From positions 1-53,922 of the IMG/VR virus record IMGVR_UViG_3300040806_002192: a stretch of 53,922 bases of DNA; one strand, written 5' to 3'. Positions 26,568-34,223 of the stretch are shown piece after piece. This stretch comes from a virus. Its lineage: Duplodnaviria; Caudoviricetes. The notes beneath the pieces were generated by a model. It saw nothing but the letters and a program-made list of their open reading frames with translations, did not search any database and was not told the origin of the DNA. The first letter of the stretch is position 1; every line of letters begins with the position of its first letter. Made by a program: the position numbers and the translations under genes.

Positions 26568-26599
26568 TATTATCACATTGTTATAAGATCTGTAACGTA
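26568..26599 (-). promoter_or_regulatory. Early promoter copy 1: TACGTTACA-N14-GTGATAATA
   Basis: Exact boxes, 14-nt spacer GATCTTATAACAAT; heads the whole minus-strand block. Confidence 0.8.
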
Positions 26600-27018
26600 T
26601 ATTATATAATAAAATTAAAAAAATATACTTTTTTCTAAATTTATGTAATATATATTATATAAAGTAATTAAATACAATAACTATACAAAGATCTTAAGTA
26701 ATTATTAATAATAATGTGATAAATGTTATTAATTAACAATAATAATGTAAACGTGTATAAGACAATTATATAATGTGTGAATATACTTAATAAAATTCAC
26801 TAATATAATAAATATAATTAATAATGTTTACATTATATGTGGTAATTACTTAATAGTATTAACAATAATACAATGATCTGTGTAAGTAATTGAAAATTAA
26901 GCAAGTATATGCTGCAAATAATGTGTATATGCATGTAAAATACTGTAAATAATGCAATGTATAGTGGCATAGGTTGTTAATATGGCTTTAAAATATAGTT
27001 TTTATTGCTAAATATGTA
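26600..27018. other. Extremely AT-rich non-coding divergence region (candidate origin and/or genome terminus)
   Basis: About 420 nt with no ORF at the strand switch; repeated ATAATGT cores near 26711, 26742, 26770 and 26821. Confidence 0.5.
26640..26659 (+). promoter_or_regulatory. Candidate late promoter motif TTTATGTAATATATATTATA
   Basis: Exact match to 19368-19387 (-); the core YGTAATATATA also occurs at 27474-27484 before the 27496 ORF. Confidence 0.55.
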
Positions 27019-27201
27019 ATGCAACCCATTGCTTCTATACATCTTAATAAAAATAAATTTGGTATGAAAAGACATACTGTGAATGGTTTATCGCCTATTA
27101 CTAGGAAGGATAAGTGTTATTATAAGGTAAAGAGACAGTATAAGGTATTCCCCTCTGCGTATGCATCTGGGGCTATCGCTAAATGTAGAAAAAATAGTTA
27201 A
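27019..27201 (+). CDS. Small basic Cys-containing phage protein
   Basis: KDKCYYKVK..YKVFPSAYASGAIAKCRK motif, recurrent in marine phages (from recall); start may be ATG near 27063. Confidence 0.6.
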   Translation: MQPIASIHLNKNKFGMKRHTVNGLSPITRKDKCYYKVKRQYKVFPSAYASGAIAKCRKNS

Positions 27202-27478
27202 TATGAAAAAAGGAATAGGGCCTCAGGGCTTAGGTGCTTCTAAAGCAAGTTACAAAAGTGGTAAGTCGCCACTTAAAAGAAGCGACAAGGTAGCCAGGCA
27301 GAACTACAAGCCAAGCGACCAAGATAAAGCTGACTATGCATCTTACAAAGCATCGGGAGGTAAGGGTGACATATATCAAGCCTACCGCGTAGGTTTTAAA
27401 TCACCTGATCAATCTAGAGAGGTGTTAAGTACTACTGGAAGTGGTCAGTTAGGTGGCGTTGCATCCAGAAAGGCGTAA
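27161..27478 (+). CDS. Small basic protein (start probably MKKGIG near 27203)
   Basis: K/G/S-rich, contains SPLK. Confidence 0.55.
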   Translation: MHLGLSLNVEKIVNMKKGIGPQGLGASKASYKSGKSPLKRSDKVARQNYKPSDQDKADYASYKASGGKGDIYQAYRVGFKSPDQSREVLSTTGSGQLGGVASRKA

Positions 27479-27495
27479 TATATAAAAAATAAGGT

Positions 27496-27840
27496 ATGGC
27501 AAACATAGATATTGATGGTGACGGCAAAGGCGACATACAAGTTGACATAAAAACATTGATTGGAATTGCTATGGCTTTATTTTCAATTGCTGGAGTTTAT
27601 TTCACACTTCTGTCCCAAATACAAGCATTGGAGGTTTCGGTGATGAGAATGGAGTCTGAGCTAAAAATGAATAGTGAATTTCGTATAAAATGGCCTAGAG
27701 GAGAAATGGGTGCATTACCAGAGGATGCTGAACAAAATCTAAGGATTTTATATTTAGAAAAAAACGCAGAAAAATATTTCAATGATGTTGACTATTTAAA
27801 ATTAAAAGTCAAAGAAATAGAAGAGTGCATGAATGAATAG
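27496..27840 (+). CDS. Single-TM plus coiled-coil membrane protein
   Basis: N-terminal DIDGDGKGD, TM LIGIAMALFSIAGVYFTLL, then ...KWPRGEMGALPEDAEQ. Confidence 0.65.
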   Translation: MANIDIDGDGKGDIQVDIKTLIGIAMALFSIAGVYFTLLSQIQALEVSVMRMESELKMNSEFRIKWPRGEMGALPEDAEQNLRILYLEKNAEKYFNDVDYLKLKVKEIEECMNE

Positions 27841-27857
27841 ATTAGAAAAATAATAAA

Positions 27858-27983
27858 ATGGCAACTAAGGTAACATCAGATGTAGTAGACAGTTCTATAA
27901 CTAAAACAGTATTTTTGACTCAAAGCGCATATGACGCATTAAGCTCCAAAGATACTTCTACACTATATATAATAACAGATTAA
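27858..27983 (+). CDS. 41-aa fibre-adaptor-like peptide (below cutoff)
   Basis: MATKVTSDVVDSSITKTVFLTQSAYDALSSKDTSTLYIITD*; the TQ..YDAL..KD..TLY.I motif recurs in the next ORF as GTYQEYDAISTPDDYTIYFV. Confidence 0.6.
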   Translation: MATKVTSDVVDSSITKTVFLTQSAYDALSSKDTSTLYIITD

Positions 27984-27985
27984 TT

Positions 27986-28819
27986 ATGGCAAACGTATAT
28001 TTAGGATCAGAATTACTAAACGGAGGTTCGGGGGGCGGCTCATTATCTGCCCAATCGGATGCTGTAGCTATTTCGGAATTAGCTATATGGTCAGGGACCT
28101 ACCAGGAATATGATGCTATCTCCACTCCGGACGATTACACAATATATTTTGTTACTGGAAAACAAACTGCTGTGGCTGCAACGGGTTTTACAATTTCACA
28201 AACTCATACACAAGCAACACCTAATACAGCAATAACATTTAGTGTAGATAGTATAACAGGGGATGCTGATGCGCAACCCGGTCAAGTAGATGCAGACGGA
28301 TATAAATGGTGGATAACCTCAACGGGCCCTACAGTCAGCGAGTTTACAACTCCATCCGGAGGAACTGGCATTGGCACCTCGCAGGCTACTGCAACAAAAA
28401 TATCAAATTCATCAATCACATTAAACTCAAGTACAGACGGTGGTATAACAGTAAATGTTGTTCCTTTTGAAGGCGACACTCAAATAGGGTCACCCCAAGC
28501 TTTTAATGTTGTTACTATTTCCTCAACGGTAGTTTTAAGGTTTAATGTTACATACACCAGTAGCGCTAGTTGGTTTTTTCAGTGTGGGGGACCAACTGTT
28601 CAAAGCACTGTAACAGCCGGTACGTCGACTACCGACGGCGGCAGTATAAGATTTGGAGGCGAAGTTGATCCTGACGATTTTGGTCCAGTGATGCAATTTC
28701 AAGGCAAAACTGGAGATGGAAGACTTGTTACTGAAATATGTAATAATTGGGATGACGGATTTGGAAAAAGAATGTATGCAAGAACTACAGATAGTACTGC
28801 AAACTATTATCTTTACTAA
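27986..28819 (+). CDS. Tail-fibre/receptor-binding-like protein
   Basis: Upper-tail-fibre-like motif and Thr/Ser/Gly-rich beta domains. Confidence 0.6.
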   Translation: MANVYLGSELLNGGSGGGSLSAQSDAVAISELAIWSGTYQEYDAISTPDDYTIYFVTGKQTAVAATGFTISQTHTQATPNTAITFSVDSITGDADAQPGQVDADGYKWWITSTGPTVSEFTTPSGGTGIGTSQATATKISNSSITLNSSTDGGITVNVVPFEGDTQIGSPQAFNVVTISSTVVLRFNVTYTSSASWFFQCGGPTVQSTVTAGTSTTDGGSIRFGGEVDPDDFGPVMQFQGKTGDGRLVTEICNNWDDGFGKRMYARTTDSTANYYLY

Positions 28820-28859
28820 TAGCAAAAATTTAGTTTTATAAAAATAAAATAAAAAAATT

Positions 28860-29285
28860 ATGGATATATTTTGGGGCAGCGATTTGCTTACAGAATCTAC
28901 ATATAAAAACAGAATAATTGTAAAAACCACACAAACATTATCAGCAAGTGATCTTAATTTTAGCAATGGTGATGTTATAAAGTTTATGATTGTTGCTGGA
29001 GGGACTGCTAGTTATGGAGGCAGGGTAAATATTGGAAATTTTACTGTAACAAATAACACTGTAGATTTAATATGTACTGTTGGAGGCTATAATGGAATTA
29101 GCACCATACAAGGTCTTGGGGCAAATACCATATCTTCAGAGGACACGTGGATTCCCCAAGGAGGCGGAGCATACCAAGGTATATATGGTCTTGGAGCCGG
29201 TTCTTCTTCTGGCGTTGCAAATGGTGCTAATACAGGTAAACAAGGCAATAGTGCAAATACAGGAATTATAATTTTATTTTATTAA
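28860..29285 (+). CDS. Glycine-rich fibre-associated protein
   Basis: MIVAGG...GANTG.....GIIILFY, the pattern of glycine-rich fibre tip domains. Confidence 0.55.
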   Translation: MDIFWGSDLLTESTYKNRIIVKTTQTLSASDLNFSNGDVIKFMIVAGGTASYGGRVNIGNFTVTNNTVDLICTVGGYNGISTIQGLGANTISSEDTWIPQGGGAYQGIYGLGAGSSSGVANGANTGKQGNSANTGIIILFY

Positions 29286-29288
29286 AAA

Positions 29289-29678
29289 ATGGAGCAATAC
29301 GCAAAAATAAAAAACAATAAAGTAGATAACATTATAGCTAGCATGTCTCATCCTGAGCCAGCAAGCGAGCATATCTATATATACGAAAACAGAAAAGGCA
29401 TTGCGATAGGAGATGCTTATGACGCTAGCGTAGGGTTTACACCTGTAAAAGGAGATGTGATAACAATAAATGATTTGCAGGATTTGACAGATGACGCTGA
29501 GGCTCTTAAAAGAAAAAAAGAAAAAGCCAGAGAAACTAGGGATAATGTTTTGAAAAAAACAGATTGGGTTATTTCCGCTACAGATCACCCCCAGCTTGAA
29601 GAGTATAAAACTTATAGGCAAGCAATGAGAGATTGGCCTTCTACAGAAGACTTCCCGCACAACCCTCCGCAGCTATGA
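29289..29678 (+). CDS. Tail fibre assembly chaperone
   Basis: RETRDNVLKKTDW...YKTYRQAMRDWPSTEDFP. Confidence 0.75.
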   Translation: MEQYAKIKNNKVDNIIASMSHPEPASEHIYIYENRKGIAIGDAYDASVGFTPVKGDVITINDLQDLTDDAEALKRKKEKARETRDNVLKKTDWVISATDHPQLEEYKTYRQAMRDWPSTEDFPHNPPQL

Positions 29679-29980
29679 CATTATCTCAAAAAATAGGGCG
29701 TTTGAAAGAAATTTCAAGCAAAGCAAATTTTAAGGTTTTTTCTTTTAGTCATGGCCCAGAAAATTATGTTGCGGACTTTTCAGAAAAAAATACTAAAATT
29801 TTTTTTGAAAAAGAATACCTTTCAGTAAAAAGAAAAATTAAAAAAGTAGCTAAATATAATAAATTACAAGCAGAAAAAATACTTTGGATTGATGAAGAAG
29901 ATAACGAGCTAGGCTACGGGGAAAAGGGTAGATTAAAATCCATAGAAATTGCAAAAAATAAAATTAAATTAAATGATTGA
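29633..29980 (+). CDS. Hypothetical protein (start probably ATG 29675)
   Basis: ATGA-coupled on the 5' side; basic. Confidence 0.5.
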   Translation: MAFYRRLPAQPSAAMTLSQKIGRLKEISSKANFKVFSFSHGPENYVADFSEKNTKIFFEKEYLSVKRKIKKVAKYNKLQAEKILWIDEEDNELGYGEKGRLKSIEIAKNKIKLND

Positions 29981-30542
29981 AAATATATTTTCTGTTCCCA
30001 TATATTCCACTATAGTTAATAATTTTATTGATATTCAAACAGAAATTGAAGATGCTATTGATATTATAGATAATCAATTTTCTATGAAAAAAGAATGGGG
30101 CGATACTCACTATATATCTGATGTTACATTCACAGATAATATTATAAACGAGTGCAGCATGGATGTTTTTTTTAAAGAAATTCATGATAACATAAAAAAA
30201 TATAGAAAAGTAACTCCTTTCGGAAATAAAAATATAAGGTACTCTCTTGCTGGAGATCCTAAAATTACAGCGTCGTGGATAACTAAATTTGAAAAAAATA
30301 ATTATTCTGCTATTCATGACCATGGACCCGACGATATTTCTGGCTGCTACTATTACAAAACTAGCGGATCTGACGGCGATTTCTTTTTTGAATCACCCTC
30401 TAATTGGGGTGGCAGACACACTATAACGCCTAAAGAGGGGCAATTAATATTATTTCCATCGTGGTTAAAACATGGCGTAACTACTAATAATACTAAAAAT
30501 ACCAGAATGAGTGTTGCGTTTAATATAAAGTTTGAAAGATAA
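29973..30542 (+). CDS. 2OG-Fe(II) oxygenase (TIGR02466-like)
   Basis: IFSVPIY...W...HDH...ISGCYY...LILFPSWLKHGV...RMSVAFNI. Confidence 0.88.
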   Translation: MIENIFSVPIYSTIVNNFIDIQTEIEDAIDIIDNQFSMKKEWGDTHYISDVTFTDNIINECSMDVFFKEIHDNIKKYRKVTPFGNKNIRYSLAGDPKITASWITKFEKNNYSAIHDHGPDDISGCYYYKTSGSDGDFFFESPSNWGGRHTITPKEGQLILFPSWLKHGVTTNNTKNTRMSVAFNIKFER

Positions 30543-30547
30543 ATAAA

Positions 30548-30820
30548 ATGGCAGTACGCAAAACACAAAAAGGAGCAAATCTTAAACGCTGGTTTAAAGA
30601 AAAGTGGACCGACGAAAAAGGTAATCCTTGCGGTTCTGCTAAACGCAAAGGTGTAAAGAAGTGTAGACCATCTAAACGTATATCAGGAAAGACAGTTAAA
30701 ACGTGGGGCGAAATGTCGGCTTCTGAAAAACGTAAAGCTGTTGCCGAAAAAAAACGTGTAGGGATGGGTAAACGCACATCACAGATAAGAAGAAAGAAAA
30801 CAAAACGTAAAAAGAAATAA
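30548..30820 (+). CDS. Small very basic protein (DUF5872-like)
   Basis: LKRWFKEKW...CG...CRPSKR...KTWGEMS. Confidence 0.7.
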   Translation: MAVRKTQKGANLKRWFKEKWTDEKGNPCGSAKRKGVKKCRPSKRISGKTVKTWGEMSASEKRKAVAEKKRVGMGKRTSQIRRKKTKRKKK

Positions 30821-30822
30821 TT

Positions 30823-30948
30823 ATGGGTAAAAAAGGAATAACTGTAATGCCTGGCGTTTACAATAAGCTAAAGGGCAGAACTGAATCATCGAAACTATTG
30901 GGTCTTAAAAAGAAGTCCCCTATTAAAAAAATGAACTATAAATATTAA
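30823..30948 (+). CDS. 41-aa basic protein (below cutoff)
   Basis: MGKKGITVMPGVYNKLKGRTESSKLLGLKKKSPIKKMNYKY*. Confidence 0.55.
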   Translation: MGKKGITVMPGVYNKLKGRTESSKLLGLKKKSPIKKMNYKY

Positions 30949-30951
30949 GCT

Positions 30952-31164
30952 ATGCCGAATATAGATAGAAGTCCAGATAGCTTCCCAGCTAGCTCATTTA
31001 ATAGATTTAATTATGGAGCGCCATTAATGAAAAGAGAGGCTCCTGAAAACTTTAAAGCTGCTATAAAAGAGGCTGCAGAAGATCCGGAAAATAAAGGGGC
31101 TCAAATACTTGCTCCAACTTTAAGATTTTGTGGGGGTATGTCTAAGGCTTATAAAAGAAAATAA
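30952..31164 (+). CDS. Small hypothetical protein
   Basis: 70-aa ORF, tightly packed with neighbours. Confidence 0.6.
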   Translation: MPNIDRSPDSFPASSFNRFNYGAPLMKREAPENFKAAIKEAAEDPENKGAQILAPTLRFCGGMSKAYKRK

Positions 31165-31286
31165 TGCCCTACGTAAGTGAAGCACAGCGCAAAGCCGTAT
31201 GGGCAAGTAAAAACGAACTAAAAAACAAAAGAAATGTCAGAAGAAAAAAAAGAAGTAGTAAAAAAAGAAAAAGTACAAAAGCCTAA
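31164..31286 (+). CDS. 40-aa basic peptide (below cutoff)
   Basis: MPYVSEAQRKAVWASKNELKNKRNVRRKKRSSKKRKSTKA*; TAATG coupling. Confidence 0.5.
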   Translation: MPYVSEAQRKAVWASKNELKNKRNVRRKKRSSKKRKSTKA

Positions 31287-31319
31287 GCCGGCACCAAAAC
31301 CTTACGTAGACGTAAGATA

Positions 31320-31559
31320 ATGCCACAAAAATTATCTCCTGAGGCCCGTAAACGAAAAGCGGCCCGTGACCTTGCATATGCTAAAACTCCCCGGCGTCGA
31401 GCTATGAAGGCGGAGAATCAAAGAAAAAGACGCAGTGCACTTAAAAGGGGATTAAATATACAGGGCAAAGACTATGACCACAATAAAAAGAAGTTTGTGC
31501 CAATTAAAACAAACAGAGGTGGTTATGGCAAAGGTACTAAAAAATACAACACAAAATGA
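31320..31559 (+). CDS. Small basic protein
   Basis: Arg/Lys-rich; GKDYDH...NRG resembles a degenerate HNH motif. Confidence 0.6.
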   Translation: MPQKLSPEARKRKAARDLAYAKTPRRRAMKAENQRKRRSALKRGLNIQGKDYDHNKKKFVPIKTNRGGYGKGTKKYNTK

Positions 31560-31900
31560 AACCATTCACTAATAAATTTGCTAGCTGCAGTTGTAGTGCA
31601 ACGCCGTTGGAACGCAGGAAATCAAATGCACCTTCGCGCAAAAAGTCTAAAGGCTATTATGCGAAAGTAAAGTCCGGAAGTGGCACTGGCTCAAAAGCTG
31701 GTGGTGGTATGACTGCAAGAGGGGTTGCTAAATACCGCAAAGACAATCCGGGGTCAAAGCTTAAAACTGCTGTAACAACTCCTCCTTCAAAACTTAAAAG
31801 AGGCAGTAAAGCTTGGAAGCGAAGGAAATCATTTTGTGCTAGATCTAGAAGCTGGAAGTCAGAGCGCGGTAAAGCAGCACGCCGTAAATGGAACTGCTAA
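31556..31900 (+). CDS. Small basic protein (DUF6321-like)
   Basis: GGMTARGVAKYRKDNPGSKLKTAVT...RRKSFCARS...ARRKWNC. Confidence 0.7.
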   Translation: MKPFTNKFASCSCSATPLERRKSNAPSRKKSKGYYAKVKSGSGTGSKAGGGMTARGVAKYRKDNPGSKLKTAVTTPPSKLKRGSKAWKRRKSFCARSRSWKSERGKAARRKWNC

Positions 31901-31934
31901 TATAAATTATATAAATTAAATCAAATTAAATTAA

Positions 31935-33533
31935 ATGGCAATACAATTCGGTTCGCCTAAAATAGTTAAAGAACTAAGCTTTAAAGATGAAGCTAAGAAA
32001 AAACTTATTAAAGGCATTGATAAATTAGCGGAAGCTGTAGGCAGCACACTAGGAGCTTCCGGGAGGACAGTAGTACTTGAAGATGATTTTGGTAACCCGC
32101 ATGTTACAAAAGATGGGGTTACTGTTGCAAATTATGTTAATTTAGAAGATCCTGTTGAAAACTTAGGCGTTACTATGTTAAAGCAAGCGTCTCGCCAAAC
32201 AGCATCTAAAGCAGGAGATGGTACTACAACCTCAACAGTGCTTGCGCAAGCTATTATTCATAATTACTTTAAACAAAACGGTGAAGAATATTCATTTCGT
32301 GATGTTAAAAGCGGTATTATGGCTTTTGCGAAACATACGTTAAAACAATTGGAAAAAAGAAGTGTTTCCGTTGATGATAAAAGATTAAACCAAGTCTCAA
32401 GAATATCAGCCAATAATGACACTGAGCTTGGTGACTTTATAGCAGAAGCATTTAAATCAGCGGGAGATAACGGAGTAGTTACCATGGAGACATCTCCAAC
32501 AAACGAAACGTATATAGATGTAGTAGATGGAACACATATTAATGCTACATCAAAAAGTATACACTTCTATACTAATAGAGAAAAAGAAATAGGCGAGCTA
32601 GAGAAGCCGCTTATATTTCTATGTGCTTCTGAAGTTACAAATATTAGAAGAATACAAACAATATTAGAGCACGCGATTAAGTCCAATAGATCGTTACTGC
32701 TCATTGCCCCTTGCGAACAGCAGGTAGTGTCAGCTTTAGCAATGAATCACGTAAAGGGCAATATTAAGTGTAATATCATAGATCCTCCGTCGTTTGGGCT
32801 GAAACGTAAGGATATATTAGATGATATTGCCCTTCTAACGGGTGCTACTGTTATTGATGAAAGTCTAGGCGACTCTCTAGATAATATCACCCCAGAAGTG
32901 TTAGGACAGGCCGATAAGGCTATCATAGATAATGATGGTACTACTCTTGCTATTAAAGAGGTATCAAAAGAAGTTACAGAACGCGTTGATTATTTAAAAG
33001 CGCAGCTAGATGAAGAAGATCACCATGTGATGCGACCACATATTGAAAACCGCTTGGCTATATTATCCGGAGGTGTTTCTATAGTATATGTTGGTGGCGA
33101 TACAGATGTTGAGGTTTCAGAGAAAAAAGATCGCGTCGACGATGCTATACACGCTGTGCGTGCTGCAAAAAAAGAAGGTATACTACCAGGAGGTGGTTCA
33201 GCTTTGGCTTTTGTTGCTGGTGCGGATTGGGAAATGAAACTAAAGCCGGGTGAGCTTGTAGGTGTTAATATATTGAAAAGTTCTTTATATGCACCTTTTT
33301 TACTTATATTAAGTAACGCAGGATTAGATATATCAAACTATCCTAAACTAGATGGATGGGGTAAAGGTATTGATGTTACAGATGGTAAAATTAAAGACAT
33401 GCGTAAAGCTGGAATTATAGATCCATTATTAGTAACTAAGTCTGCTCTTCAAAACGCTATATCTGTAGCTACTACGATTCTTTCAACTGATTGTGTAATT
33501 TCAAATGTACGAGAAGGTGAAAGCAATAGGTAG
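31935..33533 (+). CDS. groEL: Phage chaperonin GroEL
   Basis: TLGASGR, VTKDGVTVA, AGDGTTT, EKKDRVDDA, GILPGGG, GIIDP; no GGM tail. Confidence 0.95.
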   Translation: MAIQFGSPKIVKELSFKDEAKKKLIKGIDKLAEAVGSTLGASGRTVVLEDDFGNPHVTKDGVTVANYVNLEDPVENLGVTMLKQASRQTASKAGDGTTTSTVLAQAIIHNYFKQNGEEYSFRDVKSGIMAFAKHTLKQLEKRSVSVDDKRLNQVSRISANNDTELGDFIAEAFKSAGDNGVVTMETSPTNETYIDVVDGTHINATSKSIHFYTNREKEIGELEKPLIFLCASEVTNIRRIQTILEHAIKSNRSLLLIAPCEQQVVSALAMNHVKGNIKCNIIDPPSFGLKRKDILDDIALLTGATVIDESLGDSLDNITPEVLGQADKAIIDNDGTTLAIKEVSKEVTERVDYLKAQLDEEDHHVMRPHIENRLAILSGGVSIVYVGGDTDVEVSEKKDRVDDAIHAVRAAKKEGILPGGGSALAFVAGADWEMKLKPGELVGVNILKSSLYAPFLLILSNAGLDISNYPKLDGWGKGIDVTDGKIKDMRKAGIIDPLLVTKSALQNAISVATTILSTDCVISNVREGESNR

Positions 33534-33777
33534 ATACATTATTATTTCTGAAATAAAAGAAGATATAAAGAAAACAGATGGTGGACTGCTACTTGCGGAA
33601 AGTCATCGCGAAGATATAAGATACCGCACTGCAGATGTTATTTCTGTGGGTACAGCGGTAGAGGGAGTAAATATAAATGACAAAATATATTATGACAGGC
33701 ATGCTGGACATAATATAGAGATTGGTAAAGATATTTATAAAGTTATACAAGAGCAAGATGTTATAATAGTGTTGTAA
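33505..33777 (+). CDS. groES: Co-chaperonin GroES
   Basis: KAIGRYIII...KTDGGLLL...VISVG...DKIYY...IQEQDVI; follows groEL. Confidence 0.85.
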   Translation: MYEKVKAIGRYIIISEIKEDIKKTDGGLLLAESHREDIRYRTADVISVGTAVEGVNINDKIYYDRHAGHNIEIGKDIYKVIQEQDVIIVL

Positions 33778-34223
33778 TGGATAGAAGCGATTTTTTAGAG
33801 CGAGGCGAACTAAAAGTTGACTTTCTTAAATATTATAGACTTGTGTCTCGCTGGGCTTGTAAAGAAAACAATATATCAATATCAGATTTAGAATTGTTAT
33901 TTTATTTAGATCCAATTAAATACTTTACTATAAAAGATTTTCAAAACGGAACTATGTATTATCATTGGGATAGGCAAAGGTTCTATCGCCTGCAAAGAGA
34001 AGAGTGGATTGAAAAGATACATAAAGGTAATGGCCGTTTAGGCGATCATAATAAATACAAAGTATCTTTTAAAGGCAAGCGTCTTATTAATAGAATATAT
34101 AAAATATTAATAGGAGAAGAGGATATGCCTATTTCTGCTAAGCGGGGTTTTGGTAAACGTAAAACTTATGTAGATAAGGTATATGCTAACGCAATAGATA
34201 AATTTAACAAAGATAAACTATAA
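33777..34223 (+). CDS. Putative winged-helix DNA-binding protein
   Basis: ISISDLELLFYL...RFYRLQREEWI...YKVSFKGKRLI is a MarR-like wHTH pattern. Confidence 0.5.
   Translation: MDRSDFLERGELKVDFLKYYRLVSRWACKENNISISDLELLFYLDPIKYFTIKDFQNGTMYYHWDRQRFYRLQREEWIEKIHKGNGRLGDHNKYKVSFKGKRLINRIYKILIGEEDMPISAKRGFGKRKTYVDKVYANAIDKFNKDKL

Noticed and set aside
23585-26599. The four repeats as a CRISPR or mini-array
   Set aside because: They are dispersed 260-1630 nt apart, bipartite with variable centres, and separated by ORFs; there are no cas genes.
31320-31559. HNH homing endonuclease
   Set aside because: Only a DH...NRG remnant in a 79-aa basic protein; not enough for the call.
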